Shown: positions 1-12,387 of the stretch, in pieces
How positions within the stretch are numbered: the first letter of the stretch is position 1
Layout of the letters: each line of letters begins with the position of its first letter
Assembly (NCBI RefSeq): GCF_001194135.2
Contig: NC_068993.1
Coordinates: 44,201,322 to 44,252,811 of the forward strand
Reading direction: 5' to 3'
DNA: 51,490 nt
From: Octopus bimaculoides
Lineage: Eukaryota
Translations under genes and position numbers: made by a program
The notes under the pieces: generated by a model
Databases searched by the model: none
The model's input: only the letters and a program-made list of their open reading frames with translations
Told to the model about the DNA's origin: nothing

Positions 1-135
1 GAAAGGAAAGAATAAAAGAAAGGAAAGAATAAAAGAAAGGAAAGAATAAAAGAAAGGAAAGAATGAACGAAAGAATAAAAGAAAGGAAAGAATGAATGAA
101 AGAATAAAAGAAAGGAAAGAATGAACGAAAGAATA
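1..135 (+). repeat. Purine-rich degenerate tandem repeat (GAAAGGAAAGAATAAAA / GAAT-type units)
   Basis: Repeated 17-25 bp GAAA-rich units at the window start; intronic relative to the exon at 262. Confidence 0.9.
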
Positions 136-261
136 GAAAAGTGAGCAATCCAATGATGATAAATAATTCTATATTTTAATATCTTGATTTTTTAAAAATT
201 TCTAAATGTTTCTGTTTTAATATTTTTTTCCTTTATAATTTCTCTTTTCATTTTCTAAAAG

Positions 262-365
262 GTCAACTTGAATGTCCTGCTCACACTCATGCTGATACTT
301 TGTCAATTATAAACATAATTGATGAGGTCCGACGACAAATTGTAGAGAAACATCAGAAGAACTAA
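262..365 (+). CDS. DHDH: Terminal coding exon of upstream DHDH paralog (copy A): (G)QLECPAHTHADTLSIINIIDEVRRQIVEKHQKN*
   Basis: T-rich acceptor ending ttttctaaaag|, phase-1 start, stop at 363-365. Same 104-nt length as, and highly similar to, the terminal exon of the downstream DHDH copy at 12997-13100. AATAAA at 510-515. Confidence 0.85.
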
Positions 366-509
366 ACTTTTTGCAAAGAGGCAAAAATGGAGGATAATAT
401 CATTGAAGATTTGCCAAAGCATTTTAAACAGTTTGAAAAGCTTTGGCAACACTTTCAAGTAAGAGCCTTACTTGAAAAGCTTTAAAATTTCATTGTCATC
501 TTTGAAAGA

Positions 510-515
510 AATAAA
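510..515 (+). terminator. Putative polyadenylation signal of DHDH copy A
   Basis: AATAAA 145 nt after the stop, followed by GT/T-rich sequence. Confidence 0.5.
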
Positions 516-577
516 CATTGAATGAGTGATTTTTTGCATTGTGTTATTTAGTCACTTACTGTATTTTTTTCTTTAAT

Positions 578-900
578 TTGGTTGTGTGGTTTGGGAGCTC
601 AGTTTGCAACTATGTGGTTTCAGATTCAATCCCACTGCACAGTCTGATGCCAACCTGGGCTGGCTCTAGGGTTGCCGGCACCCCAGTCAAGCTGAACTTC
701 AGTGTGTACAAGCTGACAGTTGTGGAAATTTCCTTGTCTTTGTCATGCCCTCCTTGGCACTCCCTAGCACATGGCGCCCTGAGCAACCGCCTGAGTTGCC
801 AGTACCTTGAACTGGTCCTGATGCCACAGAATGATTTGTAAGTGAATTTGGTAGATGTAAACTGTGTGAAAGGCAGTTTTGTGCATGTATGTATGTATAT
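578..900 (+). mobile_element. Degraded family-A tRNA-SINE fragment interrupted by a hAT MITE
   Basis: GTGG...GATTCAATCCCACTGC head and GTGAATTTGGTAGA segment match full copies at 36057 and 40367. Confidence 0.6.
655..820 (+). mobile_element. 166-bp hAT-type MITE (CAGGGCCGG-type TIR), CpG-decayed copy
   Basis: Collinear and same length as 47123-47288; imperfect 8-bp TSD ATGCCAAC/ATGCCACA. Confidence 0.8.
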
Positions 901-929
901 ACCTGGGTGAAGTCAGGTGGACAAGATTT

Positions 930-2760
930 GGCAAAACAACAAATTAAGGCCAGAAATTGTGGTACAGTGAAGATGATGCCAGGTACAAACATGGAATGGA
1001 CTTCAACATTAAACAAACTCAGAGTGAGATCAGTCATCAGCCTTTTCTCCAGTACCCAACCACAGAATATTACCATCACACAAGTCTATGTGCCAAGACT
1101 TGAATATTATGATGATACTGTTGACAAGTTCTATGAGCAGCTGGAGAAAATCATCAGGGCAGCTCTCAAAAAAAAAAAAGATATTCCCCATCATCCTAGG
1201 AGACTGGAATGCCAAGGCAGGCCTGGATGCATATGACCAATGGGCTGGGATAGTGGGACTGTGACTCCTAGAATTTGCTAGCACTCACAAGCTGATTGTA
1301 GCCAACGCACTGTTCCCATACAAGACCTCATGCAGAACATGACACCTTGTGACAGGACTCACAACCAAAGTGACTTCATCCTTGCAACTCAAAAGTTCAA
1401 GTCCAGCATCAATAAGGCTAGGACTAGAACTTTCCCTGTAGATGTCAAGGGTGATCATGATTTGGTCCTAATGATAATGAGGCTCAAACTGAAAAGGACT
1501 CATACATAAGAAAAGAACCATGCATATTAGGTTTGACGTAGACAAATTGAAAGAACCCTGGGTCACAGAGGAATTTGAGGTAAAAGTGGGTGACAGGGTT
1601 GCAGTCCTTAACCTTCTAGAAGACAGTATCAACACCCTGACTGATGACATCAGGAAAGCACTAAACGAACTGGCTCTAAAAGAGCTGGGGAGAAGGAGGA
1701 AAAAGAAACTATGGGTCACTATGACATCTTGAACCTGTGTGACTTGAGAGGTGACCTGAGGAAGACCAACCTAATGGATCAGCAATACAACAATGTGAAT
1801 TGGAAGGTTAGGAAGAAAATGAGCGAAACCAAAGAGAAATGGATAGCAGGCCAGTGCAAAAATCATTGAAACTGAGATAAAGAAGGGCAATAGCAAGGTT
1901 GCTTATGAAACCTTCAAAATTCTAACAAAAACGAAGAAACACACCACCACTATCATTGAGGACAGTACAGGCCTGCTTCTCACAGATGAGCTTAATGTCA
2001 TCTAAAGACAGTCCTAGTATCGTAAAGAACTTTACAATCACAAATTCAGGCATGAAAATCACCGTTCACAACAACAGAGAACTTGGAGATAATCCAGTTC
2101 TCTTGGAGGAAGATAAAGAGGTAGTGAACATGCTTAAAGTTGGAAAATTCCCACAAGTGGATAACATTGCATCAGAGCAGCTAAAACATGGAGGGCCAAA
2201 GTTTATCGAGGCACAAACAGAAGATATGGGGGAAGAAGCAGTGGCCAAAGGAGTGGGTCCAATCACTGGTGATATCCATTCCCAAGAAAGGCAACTTAAG
2301 ACTCTGCCAGAGTTATAGAACAATCAGCCTAATTAGCTACCCTAGCAAAGTATTTCTAAGAGTTCTGCTAAATAGACTTAGTGGGAAGATAGAAGAAATT
2401 CTTGTAGGCCCAAAAGGAGTACTGTGGAGCAGATATTTAACATCATACTGCTCACTGAGAAAGGTCTGTAACACCAATATGACCTCTGTCACAACTTCAT
2501 TGACTTCAAAAAGACCTTTGACCAAGTTTGGCCTGATCGGTTGTGGTAGGTGATGAAAGATTACAACTTCATCGAAAATAACATCAGAGAGTTCTTCATC
2601 ACAAGAGTGGATGTTTGACAAAGATGTATCCTCTCTCCAGTGGTTTACATCTTCCTAGAGAATACCATGCAGGAGATACTCCAAGACTTCCACCCCTCTG
2701 TCTCCAGTGGAGGATGGCCCATCATCTTCAATGACAATATCAAATCCTACCAAGGTCAAT
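930..2760 (+). mobile_element. RTE-clade LINE remnant (AP endonuclease plus reverse transcriptase), frameshifted
   Basis: NITITQVYVP...FYEQLEKII, GDHDLV (SDH-type motif), RFDVDKLKEP, WPKEWVQSLVISIPKKGNLRLCQSYRTISLISYPSKVFLRVLLNRL and FIDFKKTFDQVW, spread over several frames with stops. Confidence 0.9.
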
Positions 2761-3189
2761 GGTGAAATAAAGTGGTGTCAGTAAAGTACTAGGATCAGTG
2801 GAAACGATTAATCCCCTCCTAATAAAGTTTCTGGTTGTGTACCTAAATCAAAAACCGCAGTTTTTTATTGTTTGAAGTAGGGAAATAAACCATCTTTACA
2901 GCAGGAGAAATCGTCCAGTCTATCAATAACGGAGATATTTTAAATTTAAAAAAAAATCGAGAGGATATAATCATTTCACTACCAAATCAAAATAGAGAGC
3001 TATGCAAAAACTGCTGATTTAGTGCCGAATGTACAACTGGCCTTTCTTTCATATCATTTTCTGTATAAAATATAACAATAACCTGGTGAATATTTTAATT
3101 GATACTGTTAAGATTATTTAGAAAATAGAAATCAAATAAAATCAAACAAAATTGAATTACTTAGGCAATACGTATACTAAAATCATACA

Positions 3190-3282
3190 AACAATACAAT
3201 TTGCTTCCCGCTGCACACGGTTATTCAAAATAGTAGATTCACAAAAGATAATACAAAACCCGAAACTATAAAAAGGTAAGAA
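3190..3282 (+). promoter_or_regulatory. Putative promoter / non-coding first exon of DHDH copy B
   Basis: Local CpG cluster followed by a consensus donor AAAG|GTAAGA (GT at 3276-3277). Inference only. Confidence 0.35.
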
Positions 3283-4304
3283 TCTTTCGTTTCGCTACAA
3301 TTTTTATTTGATATACAAATAAAACAATATCATATTCTTTGGGAAATATTGTTAAAAACGATATTTATTATATTTATATTTGTTAAGTTACTGTTAAAAA
3401 TATATAGCTTTAACCTTGCAGCACTTTTTTAGCATCTATTTTTGACAAATACAGTCGACTATCTTGGTTTTAGAAGCTAAAAATAGAACACCAATGATAT
3501 TGAATTCTGTCCCTTTCAAATATTNNNNNNNNNNNNNNNNNNNNNNNNNNNNNNNNNNNNNNNNNNNNNNNNNNNNNNNNNNNNNNNNNNNNNNNNNNNN
3601 NNNNNNNNNNNNNNNNNNNNNNNNNNNNNNNNNNNNNNNNNNNNNNNNNNNNNNNNNNNNNNNNNNNNNNNNNNNNNNNNNNNNNNNNNNNNNNNNNNNN
3701 NNNNNNNNNNNNNNNNNNNNNNNNNNNNNNNNNNNNNNNNNNNNNNNNNNNNNNNNNNNNNNNNNNNNNNNNNNNNNNNNNNNNNNNNNNNNNNNNNNNN
3801 NNNNNNNNNNNNNNNNNNNNNNNNNNNNNNNNNNNNNNNNNNNNNNNNNNNNNNNNNNNNNNNNNNNNNNNNNNNNNNNNNNNNNNNNNNNNNNNNNNNN
3901 NNNNNNNNNNNNNNNNNNNNNNNNNNNNNNNNNNNNNNNNNNNNNNNNNNNNNNNNNNNNNNNNNNNNNNNNNNNNNNNNNNNNNNNNNNNNNNNNNNNN
4001 NNNNNNNNNNNNNNNNNNNNNNNNNNNNNNCTTTCATCAGTGTGTATGTGTGTAACTGTATATTTTGATCTATTCGTAAGTATCTATGCATTTTTGTATA
4101 CATGTACGCGTACGGATCTAGTTTTTTTCATTCGCAAAATATGCATTTTTTTTTAAAGACAGTAAAAAATCTGAAAATCGGCTACAATAATACAGTTTTC
4201 CAGTCTAATTGGTATGATGTTGTGAAGGAAAAAAAAAAAATTGGGGAAAAAGTTACAGAGGTATAAAAATCGAAAAAACTGTGTATTTATAACCAATAGC
4301 GAGA

Positions 4305-4745
4305 CAGAAATTTTCTGCGTTTCGTTGTGTTGGACAGCTCCTGGCTCAGCAGTAGCTCAGTCTTCACAGCATTATTCTGCGTGAAGCAGACGTAGTTGAC
4401 AGCAGTTGGTTACGGCCGTCGAGTTGAATGGCAAACCCATACTTTGAGGCTCTCACTCCCTCGATCGGCAATGTCGACCGACATCTCCTCGATACGGCGC
4501 TATACAGTGTTGCTAGAGACGGAAACACCCTCCAACTTCGCCGCCGCCTCATCTCCAATCACGTGCCTGACCAAGATCTTTGCCGCTGGCATGACAAGAG
4601 ACTCTGCAATGGTATGCGCCTTCATGTGTTTGGCCACCAGGAGAACAACTTCATAGGATGCTTTCGCAGTTCCTGCCCTCTTCTGGTAGATCTGGCCAGT
4701 CTTGTCTATGCGCTGCCGCTTTACGTTCTCGGCAAGTGCTTATCA
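4305..4745 (-). mobile_element. hAT (Buster/Charlie, ZBED5/SCAND3-like) transposase fragment, disrupted
   Basis: Minus strand gives ASYEVVLLVAKHMKAHTIAESLVMPAAKILV...SSNTV*RRIEEMSVDI, then FAIQLD, VTNCCQL and KTELLLSQELSNTT. These are hallmark Buster-type motifs, with frameshifts. Confidence 0.88.
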
Positions 4746-4999
4746 TAAGTTGGCAAGTTTTATTTGCCAGAAATGTCTGGCAAATAAAACTTGCCAAATT
4801 ACGATAAGCAGTAATGTTCAATTTGAATGAGGATAAAGACTGGTGACCCACCACTATTGGACTAAGTAGCCTCCCTTGTTTATTGTACTATTATGAATCG
4901 GTCTTGCTTTGAGACCCATTTCTGGTTAGTAATAGCACTATATACTTCATTACATAGTGAATAAAACCCAAGAAAAATAAACTAGTACTTTTTTATCAA

Positions 5000-5370
5000 G
5001 GATTGGCAGAATCGGTAGAATGGCTTGATGCATTTAATCACATCTGTTTACTTTCAAATTCCACTGGAGTTGACTTTGCTTTTCATACCTCAAATGCAAA
5101 ACGATCAATTCGATCTAATCGATTGTGTACTATTGTGCTCTTAGCACTTATGTAAAAAAAAAAATCATTGTTAGCACTATTAAATTACCGAAGACTTCGT
5201 TTCGGAATTCGTTATGTCCCCATAACTTAGCGGTTTGGCAAAAGACACAATTGAATAAGTACCAAGCTTAAAAAAACTAAATGCTGGGGTCGATTCATTC
5301 GATTAACATTATTCTCCAAGGTGGTGCCCCAACATGGCCGTAGTCTAATGACTGAAAAAGATTAAACAAA
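5000..5370 (+). mobile_element. Family-B SINE fragment followed by a family-A SINE 3' tail
   Basis: TGGCAGAATCGGTAG...TCAAATTCC...GACTTTGC, then TAACTTAGCGGTTTGGCAAAAG...GGTGCCCCAACATGGCCGTAGTC. Confidence 0.65.
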
Positions 5371-5399
5371 AGACAGATCATTGAACATGATCTTTTAAG

Positions 5400-6270
5400 T
5401 GCAGTGGAATGTGTTTAGTGCAACTGGAGTGACAGGAGGAGAAACAGTCTGGTTGTTGGGAAGGGCTCATCATCTCCACTCACCACTCCCTGATGTTTGA
5501 TTCAGAAGAGTCTAAAGTATTAATAGATGTAGAAGCATTGAGTTCAGGACTGTTCTGAGTTTTCTTTTCTTTGAGAGGTTTGGATACTGGTGGCTTAAGT
5601 GAAGAGACATCACCATAAGTAACAAGGTGTCTTATAACAACACTTGATATCTTTGAAGTGAGGATTCACTTCCAGGTGTTCCACCTCCTCTACCAAAGTA
5701 TATTTACCTTGGTGATTGTGACAATTCAAAAACATTTTGTTATTTAGAGAAGAGAGCCATGAAGGGATGGACACTTAAAGATTTACACCAATAGTTAAGA
5801 CGTTTGTGTGGAGTGCAACTTGTTGAAGTTGAGAACAGAGAAAGGAATGAATGAAGTGCAGCAAGAAAAATTAGTTCCCATTCTATGAGTTTCAAATGTT
5901 ACGATCTCAGGATGAGAAATATCGTCCTCCAAATAATTGCATTATAAAGTTCTGTTTGTACATTCCTTTGTAGATTATAAGGAATGGTTCTGGTAGTAGC
6001 TATATCTTGCTAGTGCAAGAATTGTTAAAAATTCTTTGACATGAAAGATGTACCACAGTCAGGATGAATATATGATGGCATTCCAAAATTAAGATTTTGA
6101 TGAAAACCTTATTATACATTTCTATATTTCTAGAAGAGGACATCAGTTTGACTAATGTAAATAGTGTACATAACTTTATTATAGTTTTTGTTGTCATATT
6201 GGCAGATGGGAAAGCAAAACAGCACCTGCAGAATTCATCCACAATGGACAGCAAATATCACTTTTTTTTT
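5400..6270 (-). mobile_element. Ty3/Gypsy LTR-retrotransposon integrase remnant
   Basis: Minus strand: IVDEFCRCCFAFP, GMPSYIHPDCGTSFMSKNF*QFLH*QDIATTRTIPYN...LYNAIIW, WELIFLAALHSFLSLFSTSTSCTPHKR and LVEEVEHLEVNP (integrase core and C-terminal region), with stops. Confidence 0.85.
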
Positions 6271-8268
6271 ATAGTCGAGAGAAAACTCCCTTAAAATCAA
6301 AACCTAGTCTCTCAAAGGCCTGGGTAGCTTTTATCATATAAGTAGGTATTGCATAATAAAACAACTTTATTTCAGTGCATGTTGAACATGTAGACAGAAT
6401 ACTTTTGATTTCTTCTACAAAATATGAAAGATTTCAAACATGCACAAAACAAACCAACATGCCTGTAATGCCAAGATAACACAAACTCTTATTGGTTCCA
6501 TGAAGTATGTCTGTATCCAACATTACTGCATAAATCCTGGACAATTTGTCAACAGCAACATTGTCTTGCCTAGCTTATAAATAATGTTATACTGAAAACA
6601 AGAGAGTTCTGTATGACAATGGTTTAATTTCTCATTTTTCATTTCACTGCTTCATCTATTATGAAACATGAAAGGAACTGAATTCTGATTTATTACGAAA
6701 TGGAAGCAGCAGCCGAGTAGTTTCTGCAGTTCTTTAAAGATTCTACAGTTGTATGGGCTTCTCTTTCCACAGATGTATCCTCTCACAAGCTGAAAGTGTT
6801 CTTGATAAGAAATGTTGGTAACAAATTAATAAATATTCCCCGTACAGTACCGATTCTTTTTTTTCTTTTTCAAATTCAAGGGACGTAAGTCTAATGAACT
6901 AAAGTTTTTTTCTCTCTGAGTTTTGACTTAGAATGATTTTGTTTCAGTACCATCAGCTGACTGCACGTGACATTTTCAGATCTCTAAAGGCAAAGAACCC
7001 ACGCCATACTACTCCTTTCAGCGTTTTCTGGTGATTGCAATGGTTATCTCAACTCCCGATATGAAACCAACTGGTAAAGTGGTTGATATGAGAATGACAT
7101 TGCATTTTAAAACATATTTAGAGCATGTTTGTTTAGATTACAACATAAACTTTATCACTTTGTAACATTTCATTCAGACTAACCGTTACAACAGAGATAA
7201 AACAATGTGGCTAACACGAAAAGGAAGGAGAGGTGTGATAGAGTGAGAGACACAAAGGGAGGGAGCAGAAGTGGTGTAGTATCTGCTTACTGTGTACTAC
7301 TGCTCTGCATGGGAGGAGGATAAGGCAGAGAATGGATTCCACTACACTCGTTCCTCCTCTTTTGTTCTTTCTTGTCGTTTCTCTCCTCCCCCTCTTTATC
7401 TCGTAGCCCACTATAACTGTCACCTCTATCTGATAAATCACCTCTTTCTGATAAATCACTTCTATCATTTGGTTTACAGACAGGTGTATGTGCTCACACA
7501 TGCATGTATAAATAATCACTTTCTGTGCACTTGATTCAACTTGATTAAACATAGGTGTGCTATGTTTTAAATAAAATAAGAAACTCAATATTTGTATCAT
7601 GTATTCAGTAATAAGTTTTTTCAAAAATGTTCACAAATTCAATGAAGATTATGCAGTGCACAGACACTTATGCATGCACAAAATGCGTTTCTGCACTATT
7701 TTTGTCTACTAAATAACACAAGGTATTTGTCAGTCAAAAGTACTACACAGTGGAAATGAATTTGGAATTACATGGTTGTGGCACATGTCCGTTGTCCGTG
7801 CTGGCATGGGTTGGACAGTTTGACCAGGGCTGGCAAGCAGCACTGGACTCTGGTCTGATTTGGCATGGTTTCTACAGAGAAGTCATTAAAAAGGTTACAG
7901 ATGTGTAATGAAAGACTTTCACTGATCAATCACTAAAGAAATGAAATATGAGTAGTGTATATATTTTTATTGGCAGAATGACCTTCCAAAAATACAGGAA
8001 TAATAATAATGGTATCAAATTTTGGCACAACGCCAGCAATCTTCAGAGGGATGTTAGCATGCCAAACAAAATGCTTAGCAGCATTTTTACCAACTCATTA
8101 AATTTTGAGTTCAAATTCCACTGCTTTTCATCATTTACCAAAATTAGAAAGAATATTATTATTATATCAATATATTTATAAGTCCTTATTTATTTATGTA
8201 CATTATCAACTATCAACATTCCAATGTATAACCCAGTTATGCATGAAATTATTTTGTTTTTTATTCAG

Positions 8269-8380
8269 ATAACTGCTGTGGTATCCAAGTCTTTAGAGAA
8301 GGCTAAGAAATATGCTGAAGAATTTAAGATATCAAATGTATATGACAGCTATGAAGAATTTGCCAAAGATCCCAACATAG
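8269..8380 (+). CDS. DHDH: DHDH copy B exon: ITAVVSKSLEKAKKYAEEFKISNVYDSYEEFAKDPNI
   Basis: ttttattcag| acceptor, |gtatga donor, phase 0 to 1; matches the Rossmann-region VVAVAARDLSRAKEFA...YGSYEELAKDP of DHDH. Confidence 0.93.
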
Positions 8381-8961
8381 GTATGAAATAATTTTAGTCT
8401 AAACCTGGCTGCAAATCTTTTATATTATTTTATGAACTTCTTAGATATTCTATTTTATTTTAATTAGTTTTGTTCTTATACAAAATTCAGTTTTCATAAA
8501 TTTTACTGTAATACTTAGCACAATATAACTGATTTAACAGACCATACCAGTAGTCCATACATATGTGTGTATGTATGAATGAATGAATGAATAAACACAC
8601 TGTAAATTAGTTGGTGTTAGGAAACAGAAACAAATTCAAATTGGAACATACAAACAAGAAGTGGTCCTCCAGCCCATCTAGGAGGAAAATAATTGCAAAT
8701 AAGAACTGACTCAGACACTTAGCCATCCAACTCATGCCAGCATGGAAAGCATATGTATAATATGTGTGTATTTACATGTGTTTGTATCTGTGTGTGTGTA
8801 TGCGCATGCATACATCTGGCAACCAACAAGTGTGTGTGTGTGTGCATGTATGTATATAGACCATGTCTAAAAATCATTTATTACTGTTTATCATAAAATG
8901 AATGAAATAAATAAATTCCTTTGAATCCAAAAATAGTAATTTTATTCTATGTCTCTCACAG

Positions 8962-9125
8962 ATTTGGTATACCTTTCAACCATCAACTGTTACCATCATC
9001 CTCTTTCCATTCTCATGCTTAACAATGGCAAACCAGTTCTGTGTGAGAAAACCTGTGGTAATAATCTGAAAGAGACAGTGGAAATGCTTGAACTTGCAAA
9101 ATCACAGAAATTATTTTTTATGGAG
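8962..9125 (+). CDS. DHDH: DHDH copy B exon: (D)LVYLSTINCYHHPLSILMLNNGKPVLCEKTCGNNLKETVEMLELAKSQKLFFME
   Basis: ctctcacag| acceptor and |gtatga donor, phase 1 to 0; GKxVLCEK...LFxME motif of Gfo/Idh/MocA. Confidence 0.93.
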
Positions 9126-9138
9126 GTATGACATTTAA

Positions 9139-9359
9139 CCTTTTAGCATTTAAGCCAGCCTTATCCAGACCCAAAATGTTCTACCTATTTTATGTTCAAA
9201 CTGGCTAGATCTGAGCCCTCATACCTATCCTCCAATGTCATTCTAAAATGATATAATCACATCATCAAACTCTCAAAGCTATGAGATAATGCATGGTTAA
9301 TTCAAAACAATGTGATAAAGAAGCATTACATTTAACAGAGTAGACTGAACGCTAAAGGG
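9139..9359. mobile_element. piggyBac-type MITE (221 bp) in DHDH intron
   Basis: TTAA|CCTTTTAGCATT ... AACGCTAAAGGG|TTAC; homologous to 12639-12841. Confidence 0.75.
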
Positions 9360-10097
9360 TTACTACTGAAATGGTGAATGTTGATATACTGTTTTTTAAC
9401 CCTACATCAGCCATAATCAAGAAAATTCATGATCAAAATCTTTCCCACTGTGACCTTCCCCTCTTTTTTCAGAGGTAGTATTATTTGAAGCTTCATTGTC
9501 TGTGTTCTTTTTTAAGATGTTAGGTTGTGATTTGGGGCAGTTTAGTTTCTCTTTCTAGCTGGCTAAGTAATGACATAAAGCAATGTATCTCAACCAATTT
9601 TCCCCATGTTCCCTTTTCACCATATATCAGAAGGCCTTTTGAAGATTACCCGAGTCAAAAATTCCATTTCAAACAATACTAAAATTTTTTTTTTTTCTCT
9701 CTGTCAGTACATATTCATTTGCTTGGATTGCTTTATAAAGGATTGTTCTTATTTACTTTGTAGTCAATTGCAACGAGGTTGAATATCTTGCCTCTCAAAG
9801 TCATGTTGACTCAAATAGAAGCAATAGACATTGTGTTTGTTCCGCAACTTTTAGGTAGGGATCATACATCGAGGACCAAAACGTTATGATTAATTCTCAT
9901 TAAAAATACCTCTTCCTTCTGGATAACCATCAGGAACTTTTGCAGCTTACAGTTTAGTAAAAGAAAAATTTAAACTTACATGTCTTTCTCCCCTTCACTT
10001 TATTTATATGCATTTCTCTTTTATTCTTCTTGCACTCTCTCTCTCTCTCTCTCTTGTTTATTTATTTTTACCTTCCACATAAATGTTTTACTTTCAG

Positions 10098-10347
10098 GGT
10101 TTGTGGTCTAACTTCTTCCCAGCTTACGCAGCTATTAGAGAAGAAATTGAGTCTGGAACCATAGGAAAGATACGCTACTTAGATGTGGCATTTTTTGTTG
10201 ACATATTTTCAAAGCCACGTATTTCTCAGTGCTCTTTGGGTGGTGGGGGTATCTTGGAAATTGGTGTTTATACAATATGGCTTGCAAACTTCATATTCAG
10301 AGAGAAACCTGAGACAATTACTGCTGTTGGAACAATTGCTGATACAG
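10098..10347 (+). CDS. DHDH: DHDH copy B exon: GLWSNFFPAYAAIREEIESG...LGGGGILEIGVYTIWLANFIFREKPETITAVGTIADT
   Basis: actttcag| acceptor and |gtaagt donor, phase 0 to 1; matches W(T/S)RFFP...GGALLDIGIY of DHDH. Confidence 0.94.
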
Positions 10348-10606
10348 GTAAGTATATCATTAATAAAGGTTTTATGCTGCTTAAGGATATTGATAACTTT
10401 TTGAGAGGTAGAAGTTAGAACAAGAATGGATAATTGAAGAAAGGAAAGAGAGAAAGAATGAATGATATGCAGTTATATGATGGTTATTGGTAAAGAGGAA
10501 GATATAAACTGATTTCTTACTTAATCCTATAAGTCTGAGTGATCGAGAGTTAATACATCACCCAGAATGTGACATTCTATTTTACATAAATAGTCATATT
10601 TATGTG

Positions 10607-10770
10607 CAGGCATGGATATGTGGTTAAGAAGTTGGTTTTACAATCACATTGTTCTGAATTCGATCCCACTGTACAAAACCCTGGGTAAGTGTCTTCAGTT
10701 ATAGTTTTGGGTTGACCATTAATGAATTTGGTTGGCTGAAGTCTGTCATATATATATTTATATGTATATG
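10607..10770 (+). mobile_element. Degraded family-A SINE head in DHDH intron
   Basis: GCAGGCATGGATATGTGGTTAAG...TCGATCCCACTG...CCTGGGTAAGTGTCTTC. Confidence 0.6.
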
Positions 10771-11886
10771 TATATATATATATGACAAGAAAGTGGAGAG
10801 TTGAGGATGTATAGTTAATTTTTTTGTATCATAGTTTGAAGTTAAAATTTAAATACAAATAAATTTTTAAAAAGTACAAAAGAAACTCAAAAAACCTGCA
10901 TGTATTTCAATTCTGGCCCCTTAGTAATGCATAATTTGAAGCATTTGGGTCAAATCCAATGTTAAGAATTTAAAATTATCATTTTAAACTGTATGGGGGC
11001 AGAACCTCTTCAGAGTTTGTTTTTTTTTTGTTTTNNNNNNNNNNNNNNNNNNNNNNNNNNNNNNNNNNNNNNNNNNNNNNNNNNNNNNNNNNNNNNNNNN
11101 NNNNNNNNNNNNNNNNNNNNNNNNNNNNNNNNNNNNNNNNNNNNNNNNNNNNNNNNNNNNNNNNNNNNNNNNNNNNNNNNNNNNNNNNNNNTTTTTTTTT
11201 TTTGTAAAACGAAGGTTACATTTTTCTTGAAGGGATTCAAATCAAAAACTAAGGAAGTTTAAAAATTTATAACTTGCATATTGTGTGTTTGTATTCGCGA
11301 AAGTTATAATTCAAGTAAGTAAAAAAAAAAAATAAAGATAAAATAAAAATAAATTTTAAAATATAAATAATAAAATAATGATAGATCTGTAAGGGAAAAT
11401 AATTATGTAATAAAAATAAAAATTTAAAAAATAGATACAAAATAAAGAATATTAAATAAACCATTGTAACTGTATAATTTCTATTGGCTTACTAATAGAT
11501 ACAAGTAAATATCTATGTTTTCATGGTCATTGAATCATATCAAATCAAATTTAATCATTTATGTACAATATATGTTAGTATAGACTCAATTTTGAATTAT
11601 CTAGCTGTTAAGAAATGTATCTATCAAGTTAATATATATTTTCTTCTAATGTGATGGAGATTAAACCAGTGAAATTTTGGATTTATTAATCCCTAATGTG
11701 GACATGACATCCTCAAAATGACTGAATATCATATTATATATATGTCCCAGCTTCCATCACCACCCACCATTTCATCTTATGTTTTGTCATGCTTGCATAG
11801 GTGGTCAAGCCTTTTACAGTACTGTATATTAGCAATCAGTGTCTAGCAATGCAAAATAAGAAATAACATTGTTTCATTTGGAAAAG

Positions 11887-12011
11887 GTGTTGACCAGTCT
11901 GCCAATATTATTCTGACTTATAAGGACGGTGCCAGAGCCTCTTTGTCCTACAATACTGCTATGACAGGAAGAACAGATGCATATATTTATGGAACTAAAG
12001 GCAAAATTTAT
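11887..12011 (+). CDS. DHDH: DHDH copy B exon: (G)VDQSANIILTYKDGARASLSYNTAMTGRTDAYIYGTKGKIY
   Basis: AG| acceptor and |gtaagt donor, phase 1 to 0; GVD...GTKG motifs. Confidence 0.92.
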
Positions 12012-12236
12012 GTAAGTAATCCTTTGATTGAATGATAAATATTTTTGGACTTAAAATTTACTGTTAGTTAATCTAGAATTTAAATTTAAATGATATTATG
12101 ATTATTGTATGAAATACAACATTTATTAATCATATTTATTGATTAAACTATTGCATGAAATCTTTTGTAATATTAACAGTCACGAAAATTAGCTAAGCTA
12201 TCGTAATGAATATATCATACATTCCTATTTTGACAG

Positions 12237-12387
12237 GTATGTCCACCATTTTGGAGTGCCAACAAAATTGAGGTGAATGGAGAAGAAAGAGAATTTCCGC
12301 TCCCCAAATCCAATGCTAAATATAATTACCCCAATAGCTGCGGGTTATCTTACCAAGCTGATTGTGTTCGCCGATGTTTTGAGAAAG
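12237..12387 (+). CDS. DHDH: DHDH copy B exon: VCPPFWSANKIEVNGEEREFPLPKSNAKYNYPNSCGLSYQADCVRRCFEK
   Basis: ttttgacag| acceptor and |gtaagt donor, phase 0 to 1; PFW...EFPLP...N..G..Y.A..V..C motif. Confidence 0.92.

Noticed and set aside
3464-4156. Long ORFs spanning N-runs (also 10993, 24100, 34636, 43502)
   Set aside because: Their length comes from X residues in assembly gaps.
4364-4854. GC-rich ORFs suggesting a bacterial or horizontally acquired gene
   Set aside because: They are alternative frames of the frameshifted hAT transposase on the minus strand.
6948-7074. Exon-like segment (ttttgtttcag| ... |gtaaag) as the missing DHDH first exon
   Set aside because: No DHDH N-terminal motif, and its open ATG frame ends in phase 1 whereas the next exon needs phase 0. 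It could at most be a UTR exon.
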